Source: Macrostomum hystrix (Eukaryota > Animalia > Platyhelminthes). Taken from it: a stretch of DNA of 64,000 bases. Under the pieces are notes generated by a model. The model did no database searches, was not told where the DNA came from, and saw nothing but the letters and a program-made list of their open reading frames with translations. Shown in pieces: positions 1 through 13,336 of the stretch. Both the position numbers and the translations under genes were made by a program. Within the stretch, counting starts at the first letter, position 1. Each line of letters opens with the position of its first letter. Where the stretch lies: NCBI GenBank assembly GCA_950097015.1, contig CATNEN010000039.1:14446001-14510000 (forward strand), written 5' to 3'.

Positions 1-1611
1 AACTTCACTATCCCAAAACTTTCTGATCCGAAATTGCAAAACACAGAAACACTTAACCGCACCAAACATGAGAGATTGGTTTTATTTAATAGACCAACTT
101 GCTAGCTAGTTTTTTAAATTGAATTTAGCACTGAGTAAGCAGAACGATAGACGGCCATTCCAGTACCTCGAAGTCTCTACTATGCGTGTTTATTTGTTGT
201 TTATTAGATTTTGCTGAAAAAAACTGATTAAGCTATTGCAATTTATACAGCTTTTTCTTTAGAAAGATAAAAAACAAAATGATGCAATTACTGTCGGGCT
301 AAGTATAAAAATTAAATTACGTACTTTTGAATCAGATTCACTGTTTAGAGCCAAGTGATTAAAAGGGACCTGTTGCTATGCTGTCGCATACACAAACATC
401 ACTTCGAATTACGTCCATGTTAAATGGCGTGAAACATGTCTCTAATCAAGAGAAGGGTCATTGACCTCTCCCATTAGGACAGGGGTCATTTACCTCTGAT
501 TAGGACATATGTACTTTACACATTGCCCTATGATTGTGGTCATAGACCTTTTTTACTAGAACATGGGGTTTTTGATCTCACTCATTAGCCCCTAATCAAA
601 CAGACCAGACGATGTAATCAAGCAATGGTAAGGACACGTACAAGCACATTTTAGCTGTTGTGTTGTTGCAAATTAAAGAAAAGAAATGTGAAAATTTGAA
701 AATTTATCACTATTTGATTTAACTTGACCGACTTTTAGAAGAGCTGCAAATAGTTTATAACAAACATAAATATTAATGGAATGCACCAATATTAACTGAT
801 TAATATAATATTTTAGTACTAACTGGGGTCGCAGTAAGACTTTTAATTATCTATTTATTGACACTTTGACAAGAAAAAAAACGGACAGGCAAATTATGGC
901 TGACAATATCGAATCAGTTTTCAGAGGTTAATAAATAGTGAAAATAATGAAAAACGCGATAGCTCTGTACACAGAGGGGCGATATTGGCTTTTTTAAATT
1001 GGCGCGAAAAGAAGCACACAGACAAACAAACAAACAATATAAGTCTTTACAGGCAAAACTGACAGTAAAATAAATAACACGACAATGGACAGCAAACTTT
1101 TAATCGACGATAGATAGAAAATATTGATAGAATTTTTTTGTTTAAAAAGCGATACAAAAAATAATGAATCGATGGATAAGATTTTCTCGCTTAAAAACGT
1201 TATCTATTTCTCAAACTCTTTCTTAACTGGGGGGGGGGGCAAAAATAATAGTCAGAAATCAACAAGGGGCATTTTCTCAAGCTTATGGACGAGAAATTAA
1301 CAATAAATGATTAGTGTCATAAAAAAATGTGCAATAAAAAACTATGTACACAAACGAAACACCACGGTTCAGTTGCAAGTTGATGCCGATAATCTCTTTA
1401 TAGGATACATGTTAAAGCAAAAACTAAGTCATAATACGTCAAAACACGAAAACTCATTTTAGACGAAGCACCAACTTTGGTTAAGCCGCAATTAAAATAT
1501 TTTTCAATTGTAATCTAATCAACCATTAGACAGATAATATAGGGTTTAAGTGCAAAGGTAGCTTAGGCATTTAAAGTTTAGAGACTGCTTGTCTGCGTCT
1601 TGGAGTATTCG

Positions 1612-3130
1612 AGTGTCCTGAACCTCAGGATTTTGAAGGTCTGTGTCTTCAGTCTGAAGAATTTGGAGGTCTGTGTCTTCAGTCTGAAGAATTTGGAGGT
1701 CTGTGTCTTCAGTCTGAAGAATTTGGAGGTCTGTGTCTTCAGTCTGAAGAATTTGGAGGTCTGTGTCTTCAGTCTGAAGAATTTGGAGGTCTGTGTCTTC
1801 AGTCTGAAGAATTTGGAGGTCTGTGTCTTCAGTCTGAAGAATTTGGAGGTTTGTGTCCTCAGTCTGAAGAATTTGGAGGTCTGTGTCTTCAGTCTGAAGA
1901 ATTTGGAGGTCTGTGTCTTCAGTCTGAAGAATTTGGAGGTCTGTGTCTTCAGTCTGAAGAATTTGGAGGTTTGTGTCCTCAGTCTGAAGAATTTGGAGGT
2001 CTGTGTCTTCAGTCTGAAGAATTTGGAGGTCTGTGTCTTCAGTCTGAAGAATTTGGAGGTTTGTGTCTTCAGTCTGAAGATTTTGAAGGTCTGTGTCTTC
2101 AGTCTGAAGAATTTGGAGGTTTGTGTCTTCAGTCTGAAGAATTTGGAGGTCTGTGTCTTCAGTCTGAAGAATTTGGAGGTCTGTGTCTTCAGTCTGAAGA
2201 ATTTGGAGGTTTGTGTCTTCAGTCTGAAGATTTTGAAGGTCTGTGTCTTCAGTCTGAAGAATTTGGAGGTTTGTGTCTTCAGTCTGAAGAATTTGGAGGT
2301 TTGTGTCCTCAACCTGAAGAATTTGGAGGTTTGTGTCCTCAACCTGAAGAATTTGGAGGTTTGTGTCCACAACCTGAAGAACTTGGAGGCTTGTGTCCCG
2401 AACCTGAAGAACTTGGAGGCTTGTGTCCCGAACCTGAAGAACTTGGAGGCTTGTGTCCCCAACCTGAAGAACTTGGAGGCTTGTGTCCTCAACCTGAAGA
2501 ATTTGGAGGCTTGTGTCCTCAACCTGAAGAATTTGGAGGCTTGTGTCCCCAACCTGAAGAACTTGGAGGCTTGTGTCCTCAACCTGAAGAATTTGGAGGC
2601 TTGTGTCCTCAACCTGAAGAACTTGGAGGTTTGTGTCCCGAACCTGAAGAACTTGGAGGCTTGTGTCCCGAACCTGAAGAACTTGGAGGCTTGTGTCCCG
2701 AACCTGAAGAACTTGGAGGCTTGTGTCCCCAACCTGAAGAACTTGGAGGCTTGTGTCCCGAACCTGAAGAATTTGGAGGCTTGTGTCCTCAACCTGAAGA
2801 ACTTGGAGGTTTGTGTCCTCAACCTGAAGAACTTGGAGGCTTGTGTCCTCAACCTGAAGAACTTGGAAGCTTGTGTCCTCAACCTGAAGAACTTGGAGGC
2901 TTGTGTCCCCAACCTGAAGAACTTGGAGGCTTGTGTCCTCAACCTGAAGAACTTGGAAGCTTGTGTCCCGAACCTGAAGAACTTGGAGGCTTGTGTCCTC
3001 AACCTGAAGAACTTGGAGGCTTGTGTCCTCAACCTGAAGAATTTGGAGGCTTGTGTCCTCAACCTGAAGAACTTGGAGGCTTGTGTCCTCAAGCTGAAGA
3101 ACTTGGAAGCTTGTGTCCTCAACCTGAAGA
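1612..3130. repeat. 30-bp minisatellite, ~50 copies, two variant blocks
   Basis: Unit agtctgaagaatttggaggtctgtgtcttc changes to aacctgaagaacttggaggcttgtgtcctc near 2310; explains four overlapping repetitive ORFs. Confidence 0.97.
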
Positions 3131-3615
3131 TCGAATTCGGAAGATGTTATAGTTTTTAGCTTTTAAGTTCTAATTTTTCGATCATATTTTTACCATAGAC
3201 AATGACTGAGCTACCCTGCACAAATCGCTAATGAATGGTGATGCAGAAATCAGGGTGCATAAACAAAGGACAAATGAGAGATAATAGATGGTGATTCTTG
3301 ATTATAAAAATCAAGAATAAAAAAAATTAAAAAAATTACAATTACAATCAAAACTTAAAACCACATAGCTATAATCGGAAACGCGCTTTAACAAAAAACA
3401 CAATACAATTATGAAGAGAAAAAAAACACTGGGGCAGGTAGGGGGCGCTATTTCAACCACTATGGTTTCACACAGAATCGAAAAACACAGTTGTCAATAG
3501 CAACAAAGAGCAAACGAACAGGAGTTAGTTTTATTAAAAAATAAAGAAACAACTATTTTTACAATTCTGTTACAATTGCTTAACAACTAAACTAATTATT
3601 AGCTTTTTTACCGGG

Positions 3616-4125
3616 AGATCTAGGGACGGTGTAGGTTCCTACCTGAAGATCTAGGGACAGTGTAGGTTCCTACCTGAAGATCTAGGGACAGTGTAGGTTC
3701 CTACCTGAAGATCTAGGGACGGTGTAGGTTCCTACCTGAAGATCTAGGGACAGTGTAGGTTCCTACCTGAAGATCTAGGGACGGTGTAGGTTCCTACCTG
3801 AAGATCTAGGGACGGTGTAGGTTCCTACCTGAAGATCTAGGGACAGTGTAGGTTCCTACCTGAAGATCTAGGGACAGTGTAGGTTCCTACCTGAAGATCT
3901 AGGGACGGTGTAGGTTCCTACCTGAAGATCTAGGGACAGTGTAGGTTCCTACCTGAAGATCTAGGGACAGTGTAGGTTCCTACCTGAAGATCTAGGGACA
4001 GTGTAGGTTCCTACCTGAAGATCTAGGGACGGTGTAGGTTCCTACCTGAAGATCTAGGGATAGTGTAGGTTCCTACCTGAAGATCTAGGGACGGTGTAGG
4101 TTCCTACCTGAAGATCTAGGGACAG
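3616..4125. repeat. 31-bp minisatellite, ~16 copies
   Basis: Unit gaagatctagggacagtgtaggttcctacct. Confidence 0.97.
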
Positions 4126-4515
4126 ATAGGCAATCTTACAACGCTGACGATTTCAGAAAACTCAGAAATACTAACATTTTTACCAGCGATCTGTGATTTA
4201 CGTGTGATCAGGTGTTAAATACCCATTTACAAAACAATTGTACAAAGACTACGACAGTTTGAAGATACAGAGTGTAAGTAAGCCAAGTACTGCAAGTTGA
4301 AACTTTATAGAGAAGCTAGTAAGTTAAACAGGCGCCACAGTTCTAAAAATAAAAAGCGAACAAACAATTTGGAAAATTTAACATCACACTTGATGACATC
4401 TGATCTCTCAAGATTTCTTAATGATGACAGCTTAAAATCTGACAATCTGATAACACCCACTCTGATCACAAAACGACATCTCATAAACCTCTCATATAAC
4501 CTCTGATGACTTCTC

Positions 4516-4703
4516 TCTCATGAACAGAGAATGACATCTCATGAACAGAGAATGACATCTCATGAACAGAGAATGACATCTCATGAACAGAGAATGACAT
4601 CTCATGAACAGAGAATGACATCTCATGAACAGAGAATGACATCTCATGAACAGAGAATGACATCTCATGAACAGAGAATGACATCTCATGAACAGAGAAT
4701 GAC
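4516..4703. repeat. 21-bp minisatellite, ~9 copies, just 3' of the ELM2-SANT gene stop
   Basis: Unit catgaacagagaatgacatct. Confidence 0.95.
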
Positions 4704-4836
4704 CTGTTCAGTGAAAAAATTGCTACATTCCCATTTCTCATGATGGAAGCTTCTAAAAACACTAGAACATCAAATCTAATTAACAAAAAATGACACTAAG
4801 AACCAGTTAGCAGATGTATTAGGACAGGGTGTGTAC

Positions 4837-7800
4837 TTAATCTTGCCAGTACTGCTGCTGCTGCTGCTGCTCGCTTGCGTCGTGACCGCTGCGCAAGTTA
4901 TAATACGCGGCAGCCGCGGCGGCTTCTTCTTCAGCCAGGCGGTTGCGCTTCTTGCGAAGGCTGCGCAATTTCTGATAGTCCGATGAGCAGCTTCTCTTCC
5001 AAACATAATAGAATTCAATGCAGTGCTTTACCGTCTTCTGTGTGGCCGTCTGCTCGACCATCTCCGATTGCACCTGGAAGAAGTCTTTGTCGTGCTTGTG
5101 CAGGGCCCTGGTGAATGCCTCCACCTGCGGGTGAGGAGGATAAAACATCTCCAAGGATCATAAACCATGATTTCAGAATCTTCTCTTGGGATAATGACTC
5201 AATATTTCGGAATCTACCATTTCGAGCATCACAATAAATTTTTAGTGGGATATAGAAAAAAAATTATATGATCATACTGCGACAAAAACCATTCCTGGGA
5301 ATCATAACAATAAACTTGCTATAGGGATCATGACAATAATCTTCCTATTGGGATCATGACTACAATCTTCCTATTGGGATCATGACTACAATCTTCCTAT
5401 TGGGATCATGACTACAATCTTTCTATTAGGATCATGACTACAATCTTTCTATTGGGATCATGACTACAATCTTTCTATTGGGATCATGACTACAATCTTC
5501 CTATTGGGATCATGACTACAATCTTTCTATTGGGATCATGACTACAATCTTTCTATTGGGATCATGACTACAATCTTCCTATTGGGATCATGACTATAAT
5601 CTTTCTATTGGGATCACGACTATAATCTTCCATTTTGTATCATCACTTCAATCTTCCTATTGGGATCATGACTATGATATTTCTATTGGGATCATGACTA
5701 TAATCTTCCTATTGGGATCATGACTACAATCTTTCTATTGGGATCATGACTACAATCTTTCTATTGGGATAATGACTATAATCTTCCATTTTGTATCATG
5801 ACTATGATATTTCTATTGGGATCATGACTATAATCTTCCTATTGGGATCATGACTACAATCTTTCTATTGGGATCATGACTACAATCTTCCTATTGGGAT
5901 CATGACTATAATCTTTCTATTGGGATCACGACTATAATCTTTCTATTTGGATCATGAAAAAACTCTATCCTTTGGATCATGACTATAATCTTTCTAATTG
6001 GGATCATGACAATAATCTGTCTATTGGGATAATGACTATAATCTTCCATTTTGTATCATGACTACAATATTCCTATTGGGATCATGACTATGATATTTCT
6101 ATTGGGATCATGACTATAATCTTTCTATTGGGATCATGACTATGATCTTCCTATTGGGATCATGACTACAATCTTTGTATTGGGATCATGAGTATGATCT
6201 TCCTATTGGGATCATGACTACAATCTTTCTATTGGGATCATGACTATGATCTTCCTATTGGGATCATGACTACAATCTTTGTATTGGGATCATGAGTATG
6301 ATCTTCCTATTGGGATCATGACTATGATATTTCTATTGGGATCATGACTATAATCTTCCCTTATGATCCCAATAGAATCATAATCTACAATCTACAATCT
6401 TCCCTTTGGGATCATGACTACAATCTTTGTATTGGGATCATGAGTATGATATTTCTATTGGGATCATGACTATAATCTTCCATTTTGGGATCATGACTCA
6501 TGATCATGAATGAGATCTTATTATTTGCGCGATGACACTGGAACACACACCTCCTGAACAGACCAGTACTCGGAGTCCGGGTACTGGTAGCCAATGATAG
6601 CGGATTTCTCAGGGATGAAGATTTCGTTGCCAAGGAGGGCGCTAAGCGACACTTTGGTATCGCCCTCGGTGGCGAATAGCAAGTGAAGCACCTTCTCCAG
6701 ATTGGTGCCACCGAATGGCACACCAGGCGAGCTGGCCAAGCTCATGAGATTGCCCAGCTCAGACTGGGTCACGCTGTCCAGCACGGCTGGCAGGAAAATC
6801 GGCGCCGCGTGGTCATCGTCGTCGACTGCGCCCGATGGTGGCATCAGGGGCGGCAGCTCCGCCTGGAACTCTGGCCCGATGTTGATCTTTGGCTCTACAG
6901 CTGTCATTGGCGGCTCTTCGGGCTCTTCAACAGGAGGCGGCGGCGGCGGCTGCTGCTGAGTCTCTGAGGTTCCACCGTGCCTAGAAACGACTGCAATGGC
7001 CAGTTCGCCATCATCGTCAACTCCGGGCAGAGTTGACGAAGAGCTGGACAGAGGCCCGCCGACAATGTGCGGCTGCGGCTGCTGCTGGTCAGATAGCTGA
7101 TAGGCACCACCGACATGGTAGGAGCCGGCAGTCACAGCGGACTGCAGGTGGAACCGAGATCCAACGGGAGCCGACTGGGTCAGGGCGCCAGCGGCGGCTG
7201 CGGCGGCGGCGGCTGCAGCGGCGGCGGCGGCCTGAGACGGAAAAATCGAACGAAACAGGCCGGAGCCGCGTCGCATCGGGCTCAGCATCGGCGGCGGCGT
7301 GTAGGGCGGCGGCGTGTCGCTGCTGACGCCGAAGCCGCCGAGGCCGAAGCCGCTGGAGAAGGCGCTGCCTCCGAGGTGCGGCTTCCACACTCGTGGCGAA
7401 CGAAGCTGCGACTAAAATGGTGGGAATTAATAGAGAGGCTGATTATATTTGTATGAGAAATATTAACCGAAAAATTCACACTGCAAACTGATGAGATCTT
7501 ATGCATTGGAATCATGATATCTTTGATCTCAAGCAATCTCAGAGATTCTATAGCATTCCTGGAATCTCATAGGTTGAATTCCTGGAATCTCAGACATTGA
7601 GTTCCTGGAATCTCATAGTTGAATTCCTGGAATCTCAGACGTTGAGTTCCTGGAATCTCATAGTTGAATTCCTGGAATCTCAGACGTTAAGTTCCTGGAA
7701 TCTCATAGTTTAATTCCTGGAATCTCAGAGGTTGAATTCCTGGAATCTCAGAGGTTAAATTACTGGAATATCACAGATTTAATTGCCGGGATCTATCAGA

Positions 7801-10322
7801 TTGAATTCCTGGAATATCACCGATTTAATTGCCGGGATCTATCAGATTGAATTCCTGGAATATCACCGATTTAATTGCCGGGATCTATCAGATTCAATTC
7901 CTGGAATATCACCGATTTAATTGCCGGGATCTATCAGATTCAATTCCTGGAATATCACAGATTTAATTGCCGGGATCTATCAGATCCAATTCCTGGAATA
8001 TCACCGATTTAATTGCCGGGATCTATCAGATCCAATTCCTGGAATATCACAGATTTAATTGCCGGGATCTATCAGATTGAATTCCTGGAATATCACCGAT
8101 TTAATTGCCGGGATCTATCAGATCCAATTCCTGGAATATCACCGATTTAATTGCCGGGATCTATCAGATCCAATTCCTGGAATATCACAGATTTAATTGC
8201 CGGGATCTATCAGATTCAATTCCTGGAATATCACCGATTTAATTGCCGAGATCTATCAGATTAAACTCACCTGGAATTGGTGCACAGAGCTGAAGCCGGC
8301 GGAGCTGACACCGGTAGCGTTGGCTCCTGGTGTACCAGTGTTCACATGTGGCGGTATCACTAACGGAGCGGGCCGCTGCTTTCGTTTGACTAGGGAGGCG
8401 GCAGCCGCGGCGGCGGCGGCGGAGTTAGCGCCAGGAAAGTAGGCTGACGAAGAGGCACCGCCGGCTGCCATGTCGATGTGGCAGATTATAGACGACTCAT
8501 CTATCAGCTTCGGCGGCGTGTCCAGACGGCCACCACTAAGTGTCGGCGCCGGCGGTGGCGGTGGCGGCGGTGGAGGTAGCGGCATTGCGGGGGCAGTCGA
8601 ACAAATCGCATTGGAAGCGCTGGTTGAGCTGGCAGTGGCAAACAGAGGCGGCGGCGGCAGAGCTTTGACTTTGTGCTGCGAGGGTGGCATCAAAGGACGA
8701 TGCTGAGGAGGCTGCGGCGGCGGCAACGGGCAGGCGTCAGCAGAGCTGGGCGCCACATAGTTATTCACCTCGCTGAACGTGAACGCCATCTGGTTGGACT
8801 TTGGCGTCGCCGCACTCGCCGGCGTTGGTGGCGGAGCTTTCGGCTGCTCCTCTTCGCTGAGTAGATTGGCGATCAGGTCGAAATCTATTTGAATGTTGCG
8901 CGAGGAGTCAAAGGCTCCACTGGGTGTGATGGGCGAGTACTGCTGCTGCTGCTGATCGGCTCCGCGCTGGAAGTCGTCGAGCACGTAGGCGTCAAAGGCG
9001 GAGGCGCCGATGTAGGGCTCGACTGCTGCTGGAAGGTCGGCAAGGACTTGCGAAGCAGTCGGCTGCTGCTGCTGTTGCTGCTGCTGCTGTTGATGAAGTA
9101 CAACGCCACTGTGCGACGGCTGAGTTGGCAACAACGGAGGCGGAGGTGGAGGAGGTGGCGGCGGAGGAGGAGGCGGCATCTCGGCCGACCAGGAGGAATT
9201 CGACGCAGTTAAGAGGGCGCGGTCGTCAAGAAGCGACCCTCCGCTGCCACCGACGCCGCCGGGTGCGGCCGAGTCGCCAATAAAATATCCGCCGTGCAGT
9301 CGCATGTGCCCGTTAAGTGCCGCCTGATTCTTAAAGCGCTTACCGCAGACCGAACAGCTGACCCGCTTCGGTTCGTCTAGCGGATTCCAACTGGCGGAGT
9401 CGCTGGGCAGTTCAAGGCCGCGCTCCCGTCGGCTCTTTTGCTCCTCCCAGTCGCGGAACTGGTCCGGATGCGAGTTCTCGTAGTGGCGACGCAGGCTGCG
9501 GGCGTCGCTGTAGGATTTGTCGCAGAAGATGCAGGCATGCGGCTTCTTGTCCTGATGGGTCAGGCGGTGCCCGTTCAGGTGGTCCTGGCGTTTGAAGCAC
9601 TTGCCGCACACATCGCAAGAATATTTCCGTTCCTCGCTGTGGGTGAGCTTGTGCTTGGCAATGGCGCTGGAATTGGTGAACACCTTGTTACATTTGGGAC
9701 AGGTGAGCACCTGCTTGCTGAGTCCGGTAATGCCGAGCTTGCCGCTGCCTGAGGACGGGCGATGTGGCCGATGACCGCGGTGGCCGGAGCCCAGGTGCGG
9801 CATCTGCTGGCTGGTGTTGCTGTCGTCTCCGAGATCGTCCAGCTGGCCAACAGACGAAGCGGCCGACGCGGAGGCCGATGAAGAAGACGACGCCGAACCC
9901 GAAGACGGATTGCGCCGGCCGCCGGTCGAGCCGCCTGTCAAGTCCTGACGGTGCGAGACGCTTGGCTCGGATTTCACAGACGGCGGCAGGCTGGGGTGAA
10001 AGGCTGGCACGGTAAGCAGCGGGCTGACTGACATCGGTCTGTTTGGCGTCGCCTGCTGATGAAGCTGCTGAGGCTGGGAATGCTGGGAGTGATGCTGCTG
10101 CTGCTGCTGATGATGATGATTCTGGGAGCTGCTGAGGTGAACCGAGCTGAGAAAATTATGATGCTGATACGAGCCAGACAGCTGTGGCTGATGCTGCAGG
10201 TGAGGCTGGTGATGATGATGCTGGGACAGACCAGAGCTGTTGCCTTGGTTATTAGCGTTGGAGCCGCTACCACTGCCGCCGCCGCCGCCGCCGCTGCTGC
10301 TGCTGCTGCTGCTGCCGTACAT
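4837..10322 (-). CDS. TRERF1: TRERF1/ZNF541-like transcriptional regulator (C2H2 fingers + ELM2 + SANT), ~1066 aa, 3 coding exons
   Basis: Exons 10322-8271, 7411-6551, 5124-4837, all phase 0 with GT-AG junctions. Four C2H2 fingers; family motifs QSQLRSP and [11 protein letters not shown]; ELM2 ([14 protein letters not shown]); SANT (WSVQE|VEAF...EFYYVWK). The paralog assignment (TRERF1 vs ZNF541) is uncertain. Confidence 0.88.
5324..6500. repeat. 26-bp intronic minisatellite
   Basis: Unit gggatcatgactacaatcttcctatt fills most of intron 5125-6550. Confidence 0.95.
7535..8262. repeat. Intronic minisatellite: 22-23-bp units becoming a 46-bp dimeric unit
   Basis: ttcctggaatctca... units, then tcctggaatatcaccgatttaattgccgggatctatcagattcaat; lies in intron 7412-8270. 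Confidence 0.93.
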
Positions 10323-10365
10323 GGCGTTACAGGCGGCGCACCTGTCGGCTAATCGGTGCGGACAG

Positions 10366-11100
10366 CTGAAATATTTTTATCAAACTGCACGTGACAAGGA
10401 ATGTTACTTGAAGAAATGGGTGACTAGTAAGGAACATGGAAGGCTGTTTCACGGGAGTGGTTGACTTGTAGGGAAAATGCATGGACTACTAAACAACACG
10501 ACTACCAAACAAACTAAACAAAACAAACAAGCGTTGTTTAGTAGTCCTTGGGAAAATGGTAGGCTGCTCACCGGAGTAGGTAGCGGGGATGACATACGCA
10601 CGTATTGGAGTCTTATTAGTGACTGATAACACGTGAAAGAAAGAGCCGAGTCAGGTGAAGGCTGTTAATTTCGGACTCACTTAGGCCGGAAGTAGGCATA
10701 GTTGGCCCAAACCGGCTGCCTACAATAGCCGCTATATTCGGCACTGTTGGCCTGCTGGTTATTTGATTGATTTGACGGACCGTAGGACGGGTGCATTGCT
10801 TGCTGCCTTTGTTTTAGAAAAGCAATTTAATTGACAAAGATCGCCAGGAGGGCAGCCTATATCAAAGCTAGAGCGAAGGGGACATGCCGGCGGGACTAAT
10901 TTTATACGCGAACGCGCGCGCGACATCCCCAACCGCCCCTGAAGTCCTCACCCGCCTGCCTGATACACGCGAAATAAGCGAAGGTAGAGCACCCATCATC
11001 GTCTCATTGAAGCAGCCAATCACGGGCGAGTCAAGGCGATTCGGCGGAGTAGGCTTGATGAGGCGGCACGCATAACGGAGCGAGGGATAGGAAGGAAGGA
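10366..11100 (-). promoter_or_regulatory. Probable 5'UTR intron (10680-10366) and CpG-rich promoter of the ELM2-SANT gene
   Basis: Acceptor tttcag ends at 10366; donor GTGAGT starts at 10680; CCAAT (agccaatca near 11013) and CpG-rich sequence at ~10880-11100. Confidence 0.4.
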
Positions 11101-11802
11101 AAAAATTAGAGACGCGAGAATAAGACAAGTCTCTAGCAGCAGTTCGCTCTGTCAGCCTTTCAGCCTTCTATCTGGTGCACTCGCACAGAGTCAGGCGGTG
11201 GTTCACAGTGACGCAAATAGGTACAAAAATATTAGCTCACACTAATACTAACATTTTCTTTATACAGCGGGACTTTAAAGCCTGTGGAGAAAAAAAATGA
11301 GCAACTCTAGCTCAAGCTCAAAGGATAGGAAAAGACGAGGGGAGAGAGATGATGTTAGTAATGGGGATTAGAGACTGCAGTTGGCGCGGGCACTGTTCGA
11401 GGCAGAGTCCCCCGAGGCCTGACGCAAAAAGAAAGCACGAAAAGGAATCCCCCGCAAAGACGGAGTTCTCTGCCGATCGCCATCAGTTAAGGGGATATTT
11501 TTAGCATCACAGCTAGGGGGATTCCCCACTTGGATGAACGTGTCTAGAAAACAAAAGAAAACGCAACGAGATCTACAAATAGAACAGAAGTGCGCATGAA
11601 AGGAAAGGGCAAAAAGGCCAGATCAGCAGCTCCCGAGCTTTAAAATTAAGCTAAAAATATACGCCTGAGCGAATCCCGGTGAATTTTGACGACAGCAAAA
11701 TCAAAGACAACACGAACACTACATAAACTATCAGCTAGGCTGCGTCATCCGTCACTACATAAGTAGAAAGCCGCCCTGCTTCACCTTAGGCATGCTTATC
11801 TA

Positions 11803-12679
11803 TGAGCAGATACCTGGTTGCTACTCTTTAGCTGGGTGTGCCTCTGAGCAGATACCTGTTTGCTACTCTTTATCTGGGTGTGCCTCTGAGCAGATACCTG
11901 TTTGCTACTCTTTATCTGGGTGTGCCTCTGAGCAGATACCTGTTTGCTACTCTTTAGCTGGGTGTGCCTCTGAGCAGATACCTGTTTGCTACTCTTTAGC
12001 TGGGTGTGCCTCTGAGCAGATACCTGTTTGCTACTCTTTAGCTGGGTGTGCCTCTGAGCAGATACCTGTTTGCTACTCTTTAGCTGGGTGTGCCTCTGAG
12101 CAGATACCCGTTTGTTACTCTTTAGCTGGGTGCGTCTCTGAGCAGATACCTGTTTGTTACTCTTTAGCTAGCTGAGTGTCTCTGAGCAGATACCCGTTTG
12201 TTACTCTTTAGCTGGGTGTGCCTCTGAGCAGATACCTGTTTGCTACTCTTTATCTGGGTGTGCCTCTGAGCAGATACCCGTTTGTTACTCTTTAGCTGGG
12301 TGTCTCTGAGCAGATACCTGTTTGTTACTCTTTAGCTAGCTGAGTGTCTCTGAGCAGATACCTGTTTGTTACTCTTTAGCTGGGTGTGCCTCTGAGCAGA
12401 TACCTGTTTGCTACTCTTTATCTGGGTGTGCCTCTGAGCAGATACCCGTTTGTTACTCTTTAGCTGGGTGTCTCTGAGCAGATACCTGTTTGTTATTCTT
12501 TAGCTAGCTGAGTGTCTCTGAGCAGATACCTGTTTGTTACTCTTTAGCTGGGTGCGTCTCTGAGCAGATACCTGTTTGTTACTCTTTAGCTAGCTGAGTG
12601 TCTCTGAACAGATACCTGTTTGTTATTCTTTAGCTAGCTGAGTGTCTCTGAGCAGATACCTGTTTGTTACTCTTTAGCT
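11803..12679. repeat. 42-bp minisatellite
   Basis: Unit tctgagcagatacctgtttgctactctttagctgggtgtgcc, with length variants distally. Confidence 0.95.
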
Positions 12680-13336
12680 TTATTTAACTCTAAGCAGAAA
12701 ACCGGCAACTACTCTTTAGGAAAATGTATGAAATTCAAATCGAAAAGGACTGCAAACGAAATAGTAACAATGAGAACGAATATCAATATTAGATGGAAAT
12801 TAAGGGATTAATCGGACCGATCGGTACGGCAGATTGTTAATTTATCCAAGTAAATTTATCTCTAAAATCAGTTAGACTATTCAACAATATTTTCATATTT
12901 TAGCAATCAATGTACAACTGGAACTTTTTCAGCTTTGTTGCTAACTAATTAACCTCCGTTATCAAGAGGAAGCTTTAATTTTAGTAGATAGAAAAATTAA
13001 AGAGGTAGAATTCGTTTGCTTGATAATAAAAGGTACTCTTACTTTTAATCGGTAAATCACGCGATATCGCACAGTATCATGGGAAATTAGGCAGCTGAAC
13101 TTAGTCACGAAATTTTACGAAAAACTAAACTACCGAAAAACTACTCAAAAAGATATTAATGTATAAAAAAAGAGATATGAAAGGAATCCAACCCAAGACG
13201 TCGTTCAAGTTGAAACTGATTTGCCATGCGACGGAAGTAAAATGTTTGACGGACAGCGAAAAAATCTACAAAGGACACAAATGTGTTTTTGTTTCCTGTC
13301 AGTGTCATTATAGCCGAATTCAGCAATGCAGTGCAT

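Noticed and set aside
1546-3159. Long repetitive ORFs here and at 41687, 48331, 54222 and 57638
   Set aside because: They are open in several frames only because stop-poor tandem units repeat; they have no unique domain, and several lie inside introns.
3616-4125. CRISPR-like 31-bp repeat with a small hairpin
   Set aside because: Units are head to tail with no unique spacers, there are no cas genes, and the context is eukaryotic. The same applies to all arrays here.
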